This document shows, in pieces, positions 9,952-18,796 of a DNA stretch of 64,000 bases. The stretch comes from Microcoleus sp. (GTDB taxonomy: Bacteria; Cyanobacteriota; Cyanobacteriia; Cyanobacteriales; Microcoleaceae). Location: positions 608,001 through 672,000 of the forward strand of contig JAYFMW010000005.1 of the NCBI GenBank assembly GCA_042408215.1, read 5' to 3'. A program made the translations under genes and the position numbers. Below the pieces are notes generated by a model. It had not been told where the DNA came from, made no database searches, and saw only the letters and a list, made by a program, of their open reading frames with translations. Position 1 is the stretch's first letter, and the number at the start of each line of letters is the position of its first letter.

Positions 9952-11010
9952 ATGACAATCGCAGTCGGACGCGCCCAGAACGAAAGAGGCATCTTTGATG
10001 TCCTCGATGACTGGCTCAAACGCGATCGCTTCGTCTTCGTAGGCTGGTCTGGCCTCCTCCTATTCCCCTGCGCCTACATGGCCATCGGTGGCTGGCTGAC
10101 CGGCACCACCTTCGTCACATCCTGGTACACCCACGGTTTGGCAAGCTCCTACCTCGAAGGAGCCAACTTCCTCACCGTCGCAGTCTCCACCCCAGCCAAC
10201 AGCCTCGGACACTCCCTGCTGTTCCTGTGGGGCCCCGAAGCACAGTGGGACTTCACCCGCTGGTTCCAACTCGGTGGCCTGTGGGCATTTGTCGCCCTCC
10301 ACGGCGCTTTCTCTCTGATCGGCTTTTGCTTGCGTCAGATTGAAATCTCCCGTTTAGTCGGCATCCGTCCTTACAACGCCTTGGCATTCACCGGCCCGAT
10401 CGCCGTGTTCGTTTCCGTGTTCCTGCTTTACCCCTTGGGTCAATCAGGCTGGTTCTTCGCCCCCAGCTTCGGCGTCGCAGCAATTTTCCGCTTCCTACTA
10501 TTCCTGCAAGGCTTCCACAACTGGACGCTCAACCCCTTCCACATGATGGGCGTTGCAGGCATCTTGGGCGGTGCACTACTGTGCGCCATTCACGGTGCTA
10601 CCGTAGAAAACACCCTGTTTGAAGACGGCGAAGGTGCTAACACCTTCCCCGCCTTCAACCCAACCCAGTCTGAAGAAACCTACTCGATGGTTACAGCCAA
10701 CCGCTTTTGGTCGCAAATCTTCGGAATTGCTTTCTCCAACAAGCGTTGGTTGCACTTCTTCATGCTCTTCGTGCCCGTCACAGGCTTGTGGATGAGCTCT
10801 TTGGGCATCGTCGGTTTAGCACTAAACCTGCGGGCCTATGACTTTGTATCCCAAGAATTGCGTGCAGCAGAAGATCCTGAGTTTGAAACGTTCTACACTA
10901 AGAATATTCTGTTGAACGAAGGTATTCGCGCTTGGATGGCTCCAACTGACCAACCACACGAAAACTTTATCTTCCCAGAAGAAGTTCTGCCTCGCGGTAA
11001 TGCTCTGTAA
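9952..11010 (+). CDS. psbD: Photosystem II D2 protein (stand-alone copy, not followed by psbC)
   Basis: [16 protein letters not shown]...[12 protein letters not shown]; strong codon bias; terminator follows. Confidence 0.99.
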   Translation: MTIAVGRAQNERGIFDVLDDWLKRDRFVFVGWSGLLLFPCAYMAIGGWLTGTTFVTSWYTHGLASSYLEGANFLTVAVSTPANSLGHSLLFLWGPEAQWDFTRWFQLGGLWAFVALHGAFSLIGFCLRQIEISRLVGIRPYNALAFTGPIAVFVSVFLLYPLGQSGWFFAPSFGVAAIFRFLLFLQGFHNWTLNPFHMMGVAGILGGALLCAIHGATVENTLFEDGEGANTFPAFNPTQSEETYSMVTANRFWSQIFGIAFSNKRWLHFFMLFVPVTGLWMSSLGIVGLALNLRAYDFVSQELRAAEDPEFETFYTKNILLNEGIRAWMAPTDQPHENFIFPEEVLPRGNAL

Positions 11011-11051
11011 GCATCGCGAAGGCTAGAAAATTCAGATCTTTGAGAAAGCAC

Positions 11052-11083
11052 AAAAGGCTCCTGTCTGTTGACAGGAGCTTTTT
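11052..11083 (+). terminator. Rho-independent terminator after psbD
   Basis: ggctcctgtc-tgtt-gacaggagct followed by a T-tract. Confidence 0.85.
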
Positions 11084-11456
11084 GTGCGATCGGATTAGAT
11101 TCCTGGGTGGTTTTTTTGAAGTGGACTTAAAATATAGCAACCTTTTCGACTTTTAGAAGATTCTGAATAGCTGAAAACATGACGGTGATTGCATTTCCCT
11201 TCTTGCTTCTTGCTTCTGCTTAATACTACAAAATTTTCAATCAGCATTCGTCCATTTCTGATTAGTTGTGTTATTCTAGTAATTGTGCATACCGGAATGA
11301 CACCCAGAACGCAGGTTCTTCTGGTAATGCTACCAATTGGTAGCACACAAATCTTCATACTAAATCTTGGATTTAGATGAAGTGCGTTCAAATATAAACC
11401 ATTTAGTAAAAACTGGAGGTGATGCTCATGATAGAAAGTAGTAAACGCATGGGTCA

Positions 11457-11587
11457 TCAGATTGGAAACTACCGGCTGTGCGCCGGGGCCGCTCACTAGC
11501 AGTCAGCTGTCGTTCCCAATAGGAAGCGACTTTCCTCGGAAACCAGGCTGAGCTAGGGAATCTCCCGGCAGTCAGGTTCTAATCTGA
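11457..11587 (-). ncRNA. Candidate structured non-coding RNA (family not recognised)
   Basis: Nested stems on the minus strand: UCAGAUU/AAUCUGA, ACUGCCGG/CCGGUAGU, CUAGC/GCUAG, CAGC/GCUG and GUCG-UUCCU/GGGAA-CGAC; G-U pairs favour the minus strand. Confidence 0.4.
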
Positions 11588-11743
11588 AGATCCGCTAGAC
11601 CGCTCTCACCCCAAATAGTGTTACAGTTTGAGTGTTAAAACTTCAGCTTCAATACTATTGGTGAGAGCGGATAGTTTTTGGTAGGATTTTCGAGAGGCGA
11701 ACAGTTAATTTCCCTTTGCTGTATTCGAAATTTCAAAAAAATT

Positions 11744-12025
11744 ATGGCTTCAAGACTTAGCGATACTGAAATTAAAGAGCGCGTCATTCAATTGTCAGGT
11801 TGGATGGTTGAAGGCAAGCAACTTCGTTGTACCCGGAAATTTAAAGATTTTATTGAGGCGATCGCATGGGTGAATAAGTTGGTCGCACCCTCAGAAGCCG
11901 CAGCACATCATCCAGATATCGAAATCTCCTACAATAAAGTAACAGTTAACTTGACAACTCACGATGCAGGAGGCTTAACTGAGAAAGACTTTCCCCTAGC
12001 TCAAGAAATTTCTCAGCTCAATTAA
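11744..12025 (+). CDS. Pterin-4a-carbinolamine dehydratase
   Basis: HHPDIEISYNKV...THDAGGLTEKDF motif. Confidence 0.92.
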   Translation: MASRLSDTEIKERVIQLSGWMVEGKQLRCTRKFKDFIEAIAWVNKLVAPSEAAAHHPDIEISYNKVTVNLTTHDAGGLTEKDFPLAQEISQLN

Positions 12026-12072
12026 AAGCGTTACCGCTCACCAGAAAGCAGCCGCTGCTAGATGTTTAGACC

Positions 12073-13719
12073 ATGATCGTATTTGAAAAGCCAGAGTTAT
12101 TGAACGAGTCTGCTGAAAGAACTGAGCTGATAGAAAAGCTTTTGGATATTGGCGCTGCTCTGTCGAGTGCCCAAGATTTGGGTGGTTTGTTAAATTTAAT
12201 TTTATCCAAAAGTAGGGAAATCACCTACAGCGATGCGGGCAGCGTTTACTTAGTAGATCACAGCGACGAAAAATCTAAATTGCTGTTCAAGGTAGCTCAA
12301 AATGCTTCTAAACCGGGACTGTCGTTTAAGGAGTTTGCGCTGCCGCTGACAGACAAAAGCTTGGCGGGATACGTGGCAATTACAGGTCAAAGTTTGAACC
12401 TGTCGGATGCTTACGACTTGCCCCCGGGCGTGCCATATCAGCTAGATACCAGTTTTGACAGGGATATTAATTATCGCACTTGCTCTGTAATGGTGCTGCC
12501 GATGCAAAACCGACAGGGGGAGACAATAGGTGTACTGCAACTGATCAACCGCAAAACAAAAGCAGAGACGGTGCTGACTGCGGAAAATGCCTGGGAATCG
12601 ACGCAGCATTATTCGGAGTGGGAAGAAAGGATAGTTCGATCGCTCGCTTCTCAAGCCGCAATCTCGATCGAGCGCAATCAACTACAAGACAGCATAGAAC
12701 AATTGTTTGAGGGCTTCGTCAAGGCCTCGGTGCAAGCAATAGAAGCCCGAGACCCCTGTACCTATGGCCACTCAGAGCGAGTAGCAGCCCTCGCCGTGCG
12801 CCTGTCAGAAGAAGTAAACGCCGTCAGCACCGGATGGCTACGCCCTATTTACTTTAACGATCGCCAAATTCAAGAAATTCGCTACGCCTCCCTGCTGCAC
12901 GATTTTGGCAAAATCGGAGTTCCAGAAGCAATTTTAACCAAGCAGAAAAAGCTCTACCCCTCACAGCTAGAAATCATTCGCCACCGTTTTGCCTTGGCTC
13001 AGCGGACAATGGAAATGGAATGCGTCCAGTCTAAATATCAATACTTGCTGTCCCATTCAGCGTACCGCAAACATCCTAGTCAAGAGCCAGAGTGTGCTCA
13101 ATGCCAGGAAATAGCACAGCTAGACACTAAGCTAGCAGAGGCAAAAACCGGATTGGCAGAATACTGGGAAGTGCTGCTAGAGGCAAATGAGCCTCACATT
13201 TTGGGATCAGAACCCCTAGCTCAACTGCGAGAAATTGCTCGACAAACTTACAGAGATATAGACGGCGCAATTAAACCCCTGCTGAGTCCAGACGAAATCC
13301 TACAATTGATGGTGTCGAGGGGCAGCCTGACGGTGGAAGAACGATCGGTCATAGAATCTCACGTAACCGACACCTACCAGTTTCTCAGCCAAATTCCTTG
13401 GACAAAAGATCTAAAAAATGTTCCCGGCATCGCCTATGGACATCACGAAAAACTGGACGGTACAGGGTATCCCCTAGGTCTAAAACAGTCAGAAATTCCA
13501 ATTCAAGCTCAACTGATGACGATCGCAGATATCTACGACGCCCTGACAGCAGGCGATCGCCCCTACAAGCGAGCTTTACACACAGAGGCCGCGATGAAAA
13601 TTTTGCGAGAAGAAGCGGCTCACGACAAAATCAATAGCGATTTATTGGAACTTTTCGATCGCCGGGAAGTCTTCAGCGTTCTGGGACACAGCTTGGATGT
13701 TAAAGCCGAATCAGTCTAG
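12073..13719 (+). CDS. GAF + HD-GYP cyclic-dinucleotide phosphodiesterase
   Basis: GAF domain (IGVLQLINRK); GHSERV, LLHDFGK, HHEKLDGTGYP and ADIYDALT..RPYK motifs. Confidence 0.92.
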   Translation: MIVFEKPELLNESAERTELIEKLLDIGAALSSAQDLGGLLNLILSKSREITYSDAGSVYLVDHSDEKSKLLFKVAQNASKPGLSFKEFALPLTDKSLAGYVAITGQSLNLSDAYDLPPGVPYQLDTSFDRDINYRTCSVMVLPMQNRQGETIGVLQLINRKTKAETVLTAENAWESTQHYSEWEERIVRSLASQAAISIERNQLQDSIEQLFEGFVKASVQAIEARDPCTYGHSERVAALAVRLSEEVNAVSTGWLRPIYFNDRQIQEIRYASLLHDFGKIGVPEAILTKQKKLYPSQLEIIRHRFALAQRTMEMECVQSKYQYLLSHSAYRKHPSQEPECAQCQEIAQLDTKLAEAKTGLAEYWEVLLEANEPHILGSEPLAQLREIARQTYRDIDGAIKPLLSPDEILQLMVSRGSLTVEERSVIESHVTDTYQFLSQIPWTKDLKNVPGIAYGHHEKLDGTGYPLGLKQSEIPIQAQLMTIADIYDALTAGDRPYKRALHTEAAMKILREEAAHDKINSDLLELFDRREVFSVLGHSLDVKAESV

Positions 13720-14016
13720 ACGAGTCGGAGCGGCTGTGCTAAAAAGTAAATAGGCGATCGGGCACAGCATCGCAAGTGTCTGTCGCCAAATCAATCAATA
13801 GCCTACCTATTGTCTGGTTTACAGGCTCTGCTTAGTACAGAGCAAAAAACCAGCCAACCTAACAGCCAGTTACATCAATACACTCAGTCAGCCCAAAAGA
13901 ATCAAAAGAAAAAGTAAATTTTGGCTCTAGTTTTCAAGTATGCTAGTGTGGCAACTACTGACCACATAGAAAACTAAAAAAGTTTCTTTGTAATCGGTGT
14001 GAGGAGGAGAGTGAAT

Positions 14017-16164
14017 ATGTCGAAATTTTTGTGGAGTTATCTACTGATCAGTCCAGCAGTCTTAGGAGCTACCCTAGTAGTTTCTTCGAGCGCGATCGCA
14101 GCAGACGCTCAGTCGGCTGCTGATCTTATTCAGCCTCAAACTGCAAAAACTGAAACCGCTGAAATCTCCGAAGCCAATCTCAATGATTTAGCTGCTGTTG
14201 CCGAAACAACCACAGCCCAGTCAGTCGCAGCAATTTCCCAATCTGCAGGCAGCGAAACCCAGCCAGCGAGTGCAGAGCCTGTAGAAATTGCTGCAACAGA
14301 AAGTGCGATCGCACCCAACACAGCCCCAGAAGCGGCAAACCCCTCATCGGCATCAGAACCGAAGAGCGAATCTTTAGCAGCAGTTGAACCCACAGTCGTT
14401 CAGCAACCAGAAACTCCGGCGGCGTTCGCGGCCCAACCAGAGCAAATCAGCGCCACTCAACCAGAAACAACCGTTCCCACAGTGGCAGAGTCGGCACAAC
14501 CAAGTTTGCCCAAACCCGCGGAAGCTTTAGCCCAAACCGCCACACCAGCAACTCAAAACCCAGGCGCTACACTAGAACAACTCAGCGAGTACAGCTCCGA
14601 AGGTGCAGCCGATGGCGAAACTCAGGGTCAAGTTACCTCAGTATCTCAACTTTCCGACGTGCGGCCCACAGACTGGGCATTCCAAGCACTGCAATCCCTA
14701 GTCGAGCGCTACGGCTGTATCGCCGGGTATCCCGACGGCACTTTCCGTGGCAACCGGGCCATGACCCGCTACGAATTTGCCGCCGGTTTAAATGCTTGCT
14801 TAGACAAGGTTAGCGAGCTAATTAGATCGGGCACTGGCAACTTAGCCACCAAAGAAGACTTGGCAGCCCTCCAACGGCTCCAAGAAGAATTTGCAGCGGA
14901 ACTGGCAACCCTGCGCGGCCGCGTCGATGTCTTGGAAGCTAAAACATCCGAACTCGAAGCCAACCAATTCTCCACCACTACCAAGCTGACTGGGGAAGCA
15001 ATTTTCGCCCTCAGCGACGACTTTGGCGACAAAAATAGCGGAGCTGTCTTCACAAATAACAACGAAGCTGTCTTCCAACAGCGGGTGCGTCTCAATTTAA
15101 ACACTAGCTTCACCGGCAGAGACTTGCTGCTGACCAGGCTGCAAGTCGGCAACGGTCAAAGGTTTAACTTGGGGGCTACCAGCGAAGGCACTCAAACTTG
15201 GAATGTAGTCGGCAGAACCGACAACGTTTTTGCCCTGGACAGCTTGCTGTACAAGTTCCCCGTCGGTCAGCGACTGAACGTTACCCTTGCAGCCAACGCT
15301 GGCGTTTGGGACGACATCATGCCGACAGCCAACCCTTACTTTGAAGACTTTGACGGCGGCAACGGGTCCTTGAGCGCCTTTGGACAGCGGAACCCGATTT
15401 ACCGCCTAGGTGGCGGTGCAGGTATCGGCTTTGACTACGCCTTCGGCGGCAGGGGCTTGCTGGGCGGCGTGTTCGGCCCGACTTCTCTGTCCTTCGGCTA
15501 CTTGGCATCAAATGCAGCCAATCCTAGCAAGGGCGCCGGCTTGTTCAACGGCGACTACACGGCGATGGGGCAGTTGACTTTTACCCCCGGACGCAATTTG
15601 CAAGTTGCTTTGAACTACAACCACGGTTACTTTAACAGAGGTAACTTTGGGTTTGACAATGGTTTAGGGAATGGGCCAGGCAATCTTGGCGGTTTCACTG
15701 GTACCGGCGTAGCGAACTCCATCAACGGCTTGAGTGACGGCTTTACCGGCTTCGGCGCTCGCAAAGTTGTCAGCAACTCCTACGGTGCTCAGGCTTCGTT
15801 GCGGCTGAACCCCAGGTTTATCCTTGGGGGCTGGGCTGGTTTAACCAATGCCCGCATTCTCGGCGTCGGCGATGCGAGAATTTGGAACTACGCAGTTACT
15901 TTGGCTTTGCCCGATTTAGGGAAAGAAGGCAACTTGCTGGGCTTTGTGGTAGGTCGTGAGCCTTACTTGGATAAACTTGAGGCTGCCAGCAGTTTGCGGA
16001 GCTTCAGAAATGACCAGTCGTGGCACATTGAAGGCTTCTACAAGTACCAGCTCACGGACAACATTTCTGTTACTCCTGGGGTGATTTGGGTGACAAATCC
16101 CAATCAAGATCGCAATAATGATGACATCATTATTGGTACTCTCAGAACGACTTTCATGTTCTAG
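14017..16164 (+). CDS. SLH-domain outer-membrane porin (SomA/B, OprB-like iron-uptake/carbohydrate porin family)
   Basis: QVTSVSQLSDVRPTDWAFQAL SLH region, QFSTTTKL and C-terminal GTLRTTFMF. Confidence 0.93.
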   Translation: MSKFLWSYLLISPAVLGATLVVSSSAIAADAQSAADLIQPQTAKTETAEISEANLNDLAAVAETTTAQSVAAISQSAGSETQPASAEPVEIAATESAIAPNTAPEAANPSSASEPKSESLAAVEPTVVQQPETPAAFAAQPEQISATQPETTVPTVAESAQPSLPKPAEALAQTATPATQNPGATLEQLSEYSSEGAADGETQGQVTSVSQLSDVRPTDWAFQALQSLVERYGCIAGYPDGTFRGNRAMTRYEFAAGLNACLDKVSELIRSGTGNLATKEDLAALQRLQEEFAAELATLRGRVDVLEAKTSELEANQFSTTTKLTGEAIFALSDDFGDKNSGAVFTNNNEAVFQQRVRLNLNTSFTGRDLLLTRLQVGNGQRFNLGATSEGTQTWNVVGRTDNVFALDSLLYKFPVGQRLNVTLAANAGVWDDIMPTANPYFEDFDGGNGSLSAFGQRNPIYRLGGGAGIGFDYAFGGRGLLGGVFGPTSLSFGYLASNAANPSKGAGLFNGDYTAMGQLTFTPGRNLQVALNYNHGYFNRGNFGFDNGLGNGPGNLGGFTGTGVANSINGLSDGFTGFGARKVVSNSYGAQASLRLNPRFILGGWAGLTNARILGVGDARIWNYAVTLALPDLGKEGNLLGFVVGREPYLDKLEAASSLRSFRNDQSWHIEGFYKYQLTDNISVTPGVIWVTNPNQDRNNDDIIIGTLRTTFMF

Positions 16165-16228
16165 GAACAGGTTCTAGAAGGCAGGATGGGTAATGCTTTT
16201 TCTGCCAAGAACTCTCAATTTTCAAGTT

Positions 16229-16254
16229 AGCCCTGTCTATGGCAGGGCTTTTTT
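16229..16254 (+). terminator. Rho-independent terminator after the porin gene
   Basis: agccctgtc-tat-ggcagggct followed by a T-tract. Confidence 0.8.
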
Positions 16255-16346
16255 GTGCGGTAGACGACGAATCAGGAAATTAAGCCCCTAAAAAGACTCG
16301 CCTGTACCCACTATTTGGCCTAGGGCTAAACGTTAAAGGTGACATC

Positions 16347-17039
16347 TTACTTAAAAGCCCTTTTCCCCACCTTCCTCTTCCACCAGCACCCCAAGCCAAA
16401 AGCTAAACCAACACCTGCGATCGTCCTAGGTTCCGGCACAGTGTTAGACTCGTACTCATAGGCGAGAGTAAGCTTTGAGTCAGTCGTGACAGTGCCCGCG
16501 TAAGTGACCGTTGCAGGCGTTCCTAAAACCTTAACATTGCCCGTAGCCACAATGCTAGCAGCAATTAAATCTCCCGCACATCCACTAAACATATTTAGAG
16601 ACTGCGGCGAACTATAACTCCTTGAAACAGCACCCTTCGCACTCCCACCTCTAGCCCCCGCAGCCCCCGACTCAATACTCATTTCCGGCGGATTTGCAAA
16701 CAAACTCAAAACCAAATTAGGGTCAGCTTTTAAACTCGGTAAATTGACAGCAATTTGAGCATTCGTGACCGCAGTACCAGTAAAATTGCTAGCAGGAACA
16801 ATACCGAGCTCGCTGTTAACCGTTGACTGAACTGTAACATAAGCCCTTAACAGCGTCCCCAACAGCGAATTAAACTTAGGAAACACCCCATTCAGCGTAC
16901 TATTAACTGGCTGCTGCTTCAAAGAAACCGTATAAGTTTGCGTAAGAACAGCAGCTTGTACAGGAATTACCAAGTCATTAAAAGTCAAACTAAGAACTCC
17001 AGAAACAACCGCCATTCCTAACTTTTGATATCCGTTCAT
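16347..17039 (-). CDS. PEP-CTERM sorting-domain surface protein
   Basis: Signal peptide; C-terminal VPEP, TM helix and basic tail (WWKRKVGKR). Confidence 0.88.
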   Translation of the reverse strand: MNGYQKLGMAVVSGVLSLTFNDLVIPVQAAVLTQTYTVSLKQQPVNSTLNGVFPKFNSLLGTLLRAYVTVQSTVNSELGIVPASNFTGTAVTNAQIAVNLPSLKADPNLVLSLFANPPEMSIESGAAGARGGSAKGAVSRSYSSPQSLNMFSGCAGDLIAASIVATGNVKVLGTPATVTYAGTVTTDSKLTLAYEYESNTVPEPRTIAGVGLAFGLGCWWKRKVGKRAFK

Positions 17040-17188
17040 TGCGACACACTCCTAAATAATCACTTAACTTTCCCGCTGATTCTTAGGACTTACGCAAAAA
17101 CCCGGTTTCTACGAAAAATAGTCGATGGAGGCGAGAGATATTGACGCAGAAACCGGGTTTTTTGGCCCGTGCGTCCAGGACTGTTTTT

Positions 17189-18397
17189 TTAACTTCCAGA
17201 CAGCAGATTAAACTTATAAAAATCGATAAACATCGGCATATTTTGCACCGCCAAATGAACAACAATAGAGAACAAATAACCTAAAACCCAGACCGTATAA
17301 GCTATGCTAAAAGGAGCATAAGCAGCCAAAGTCCAGCAGTCTGAAGGTTCTGACCAAATCTGTTCACGCCGCAGCAAATGAGCGTAAAATTGAAACGACC
17401 TCGATCGCAAATTGTTAATCCCAGTCAAAGCAACCAGCAAATAATAGCCATCAAACTTATTCAAAGGGTTGAGATTAAAAACTACAGTGACAAGCGTAGC
17501 TACCATCAGCAAATAGCTAGCCAAATGCCATCCAGGGTTAGGCTTAGACAAAACCCAAACCCAAACCGATAATGCCCAGATAGCCACTTGCACCAACACG
17601 CCTGCTGCTACTACCAAAACGCGCTGTTTCCGCCTCACTAAACTGTACTGATCTGTGGTATCCGTATAGCATCCCGGTATCAAACACAAAAACAGCAGCC
17701 CCATTTCTGGGACAACACCACCGTAGTGCTTCAAAGTAAAAGCGTGACCTAATTCGTGCAGACAAACTACTAGCATAATCAGTAGCACAAATGTTACCAG
17801 AGTTGTAATTTCCCCTGTTGCCCAAACCTGTTGATTGGAAGCAGAAACCTCGTCAGCCAAAGCCAGCCACACAGCCAGAGAAGCACTGATTAAAACACAC
17901 AGAAAAAAGGCAAATTGCCAAGTCCAAATCCAGCGGAGTTTACCCGTATGTTTAGTTAGCCAAGCATCGGGATTGAACAGGGGAATTTGGAAACACAATA
18001 ATTGCTGAATGTTGAATTTATTTGGGGGTGGTTTTGGAGGTTGGGTTCCCTCTAACATTCCCGTTTCTGCCAGCATCCGCAGCAAGTATTGCATATCCTC
18101 CAAAGTAATGTCATAGATATCTGCGATATCGCCGATCGGCTGCAAGCCAAACTGTGAGATTACCTCTTTGTCAGAATTGTCAACTTGCAAGCAAGTAACG
18201 CCTTCTGAGTTGCGGAGTATCCAATAGCCGTCTGGGTGCGGTATCCACAGTACCGTTGATTTGAGTTTAGGGCCATAAAAGATTGTTCCAGAATCTTCAC
18301 TCCGATTTTGAGATATAGATTCCCCCTCTTCCTTAGTTAAGTCGGGGCACAATTTTTCTTGACTTTCTATGCGTGCAAATTTTTCACCATTTTGCAT
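17189..18397 (-). CDS. M50-family (site-2-protease-like) membrane zinc metallopeptidase with a possible PqqD/RRE-like N-terminal domain
   Basis: HELGH and NLNPLNKFDGY zinc motifs plus TM helices; soluble N-domain ending LLRMLAETGMLEG; ATG 18397 chosen because the longer ORF starts inside a repeat. Confidence 0.85.
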   Translation of the reverse strand: MQNGEKFARIESQEKLCPDLTKEEGESISQNRSEDSGTIFYGPKLKSTVLWIPHPDGYWILRNSEGVTCLQVDNSDKEVISQFGLQPIGDIADIYDITLEDMQYLLRMLAETGMLEGTQPPKPPPNKFNIQQLLCFQIPLFNPDAWLTKHTGKLRWIWTWQFAFFLCVLISASLAVWLALADEVSASNQQVWATGEITTLVTFVLLIMLVVCLHELGHAFTLKHYGGVVPEMGLLFLCLIPGCYTDTTDQYSLVRRKQRVLVVAAGVLVQVAIWALSVWVWVLSKPNPGWHLASYLLMVATLVTVVFNLNPLNKFDGYYLLVALTGINNLRSRSFQFYAHLLRREQIWSEPSDCWTLAAYAPFSIAYTVWVLGYLFSIVVHLAVQNMPMFIDFYKFNLLSGS

Positions 18398-18448
18398 GAT
18401 GTTGGGAGTTATAAATTGTAGGCTGCACAGAAAAACATTAGCAATGTA

Positions 18449-18594
18449 ATACCAATTTTTTATGAGGCTGCATAGAATCTGATCCCCCCTAACCCCCCGC
18501 GAGTTCGGGGGGGACAATAGTCTTCTCAAAGTCCCCCTTATTAAGGGGGATTTAGGGGGATCGAAATATGTGCAACTTCACATTAAATTGGTAT
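18449..18594. mobile_element. MITE-like element (TIR ATACCAATTT...AAATTGGTAT) enclosing the palindromic repeat
   Basis: Perfect 10-bp terminal IR plus an imperfect inner IR (tgaggctgca / tgcaacttca). Confidence 0.6.
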
Positions 18595-18796
18595 AAGCAG
18601 TTTTTATTTTGCCATACAGAAGACTGCGAGTTGTATTAATTAATACAAAAATTTACATTGTATTTACAAATTGCGATCGCTGCATGATTTACATGGTAAT
18701 GTTTAATTAGCTAATTTTCAAATCTACGTAGTTAACTAATATACTCAATTAACTGCCTGGGTTTTCAAGGTCACTACTAAACGGGGGCTTAAGTGT

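Noticed and set aside
9952..11010. Divergent or far-red D2 ([13 protein letters not shown] variants)
   Set aside because: Only a few substitutions and no FaRLiP cluster here; best read as an ordinary second psbD copy
11095..11496. 133-aa minus-strand ORF
   Set aside because: No recognisable motifs or RBS; overlaps the structured element; probably spurious
18398..18529. N-terminal extension of the M50 peptidase
   Set aside because: Begins inside a MITE/palindromic repeat
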